Below are positions 62,229-64,000 of a DNA stretch of 64,000 bases, piece after piece. The translations under genes were made by a program, and so were the position numbers. This DNA comes from Chiloscyllium plagiosum (taxonomy: Eukaryota). Below the pieces are notes generated by a model, which made no database searches, had not been told where the DNA came from, and saw only the letters and a program-made list of their open reading frames with translations. Numbering within the stretch: position 1 is the first letter of the stretch; each line of letters starts with the position of its first letter. The stretch covers positions 23,466,637 through 23,530,636 of the forward strand of contig NC_057718.1 of NCBI RefSeq assembly GCF_004010195.1. Direction: 5' to 3'.

Positions 62229-63228
62229 GCAAATCTGGGATTAGCAAACTGGTGGCTGAAAGGAGGTTTGCATTACACACGCAGAAACAGAAAGACTTTG
62301 AATAGTTCTGATGTAAGGTAACCAATAAAATTTAACTGGAACTGTCTCACTTCACAGGCCTGCTAAGTATTTCAAGCATTTTCTTTACTTTTCTTACAGT
62401 TTGCAGTATTTTGCTATTATGTTACATTGGAGTAATCCCTAGTCTATGCTATTGATATAAGATCAAGAATAACTGCATATCAATCATGTAACAGGATAAT
62501 TAATGGGGCTTTAGAAAAGCATGATAGATTCAAATTTCCTGATTTTGAGCTTTGATGTAAAATCAATCCTTATTTTCAGTTCCCATAACTGTTTTCCTAT
62601 CCTTTTATATATTTGTTTGATCATTTTTTACAATTTCTTGATTGCTTTGTTCTCCCATTTATCTCAGCTTGGGTGGAGACAAAACACTTTGCTATTTAAA
62701 ATAAATTATTCTTCCAGGTCAAAAGAGAGAAAAAAAACACTTTGAATCAAACTATCTTCATTTAAATTAAAATAACTAGTGCTGGAAAATTGATTTTTAG
62801 CAATAGTAATTTTAAAGCAGCAGATCCGGAATTCACCATAGCAACATGATTATTATATGCTTTTGGGCTGTCTCCACATCAATTCCAAACAAATGGTCAG
62901 CTCAAAACCCATTCAAATAGTCTTTTGAATTGACACGTTTATTTTAATTAATTACTACACAGTTAATTACAAAAAGATGACTGCCCATTAAAGGGAACTG
63001 CAACTTAATCAAATATAAAACAATGTCACAGCCATGATGTTGTATGTGGTACAACAGACAAGAAAATTGAATTAAATACAAGCAACATAATGTTCAATTA
63101 TTAATATTTGAAACAATGCAAAGACAAGATTCCTGCATCTATCTCTGCAGAACAATTAGTTTATAGTGACAGCAACTCATTGCACAAACACTGCAGCCTG
63201 ACGTTTCAGGCAGCTCCCAATTACTTAC

Positions 63229-63394
63229 GCACCAAAACGTTTCTGACCTTTTGTTGGCACAATGGTGCTTCAAGCTGCTCAATGCTGATATCTCTGTGAC
63301 CAAATCCTCAACAATCCCACTGGCAGTCTTATTCGCTAATGAGAACATCATGTCTTGTAAATGAAATGCTTGACTTTTTGAAAGAATGTCACTT
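63229..63394 (-). CDS. Candidate internal coding exon of an unidentified gene (166 nt, phase 2 to 0)
   Basis: Acceptor ttttattttcattacttttttctcatgcag, donor tgc|gtaagt, one open frame SDILSKSQAFHLQDMMFSLANKTASGIVEDLVTEISALSSLKHHCANKRSETFWC. Confidence 0.45.
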
Positions 63395-64000
63395 CTGCAT
63401 GAGAAAAAAGTAATGAAAATAAAATGCGCTGCAAACTTTGAGCAAATTTTAGATCTGTGTTGATGTATTTGCAAATTTAGCTAACTGAAAGACTGGGCTC
63501 TAAGATATAGCATCAAAAGCAATGAGGCTCTATTGGCTACAGGAATACAACATAGTCGATTTCCCCTGGGAGTGCCCAGTTTCGAGTGCCAACCATTTCA
63601 ATGTAAAAGCCTGCTACTTTGAAAGCTCCTGGCCATCCTGCTTTCGGGAGAAGTTCACAGCTGTGAAATATTCGAGACATAAGATCAGTCAGATCCTCTC
63701 AACCATAAATGGAATCATTACTATCTTTCTTGATGAATCAATGTTAGGTCTTTCATGTTATCGCGATGTCTCAAATCACTTTACAGCCAATTAAGTATTT
63801 TGGTTTACAGCAAATATCTAATTAGTGGACAGTAAAACCCTATAGTCAGCAAGGAGATAAATTACCAGATATTCCATTTTGGTTTCTGCTCTGAAGGCAG
63901 CTCACTGAACCTGAAATATTAACTCTGCTTACTCTCCACATATGCTGAAAATGTGTTGCTGGAGAAGCGCAGATTCTCCTGTTCCCTGGATGCTGCCTGA

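Noticed and set aside
1..64000. CRISPR array or prokaryotic operon/defence system
   Set aside because: No regularly spaced repeat-spacer array or gene-dense region; sequence is vertebrate repeat-rich DNA

Overview
Vertebrate nuclear DNA, almost certainly a shark (Chiloscyllium-like, inferred only from the repeat families). It looks intergenic or deep-intronic, and no complete protein-coding gene is visible. Roughly half of the window is decayed transposable elements: many CR1 LINE fragments (APE, RT and one ORF1 zinc-finger/esterase remnant), a second CR1/L2-group LINE family, an old L2, seven HE1 V-SINEs, a Deu-domain SINE, a short tRNA-derived SINE family, a probable solo LTR, and a decayed PIF/Harbinger-like transposon with ~110 bp terminal inverted repeats and a Myb/SANT-like gene remnant. 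The most structured signal is a set of Penelope-like element (PLE) derivatives from about six families. Their termini carry minimal hammerhead-ribozyme cores (CTGANGA-stem-GAAA), and many are small fold-back inserts with an asymmetric ~35-nt tail and 14-17 bp target-site duplications. There is one well-formed orphan coding-exon candidate (minus strand, 63229-63394) and several repeat-free TAAT-rich blocks that may be conserved non-coding elements. Three N gaps (7298-7386, 18832-19626, 46083-46558) all fall inside repeats. Repeat boundaries are read by eye and approximate, and family names come from recall of consensus motifs, not from searches.
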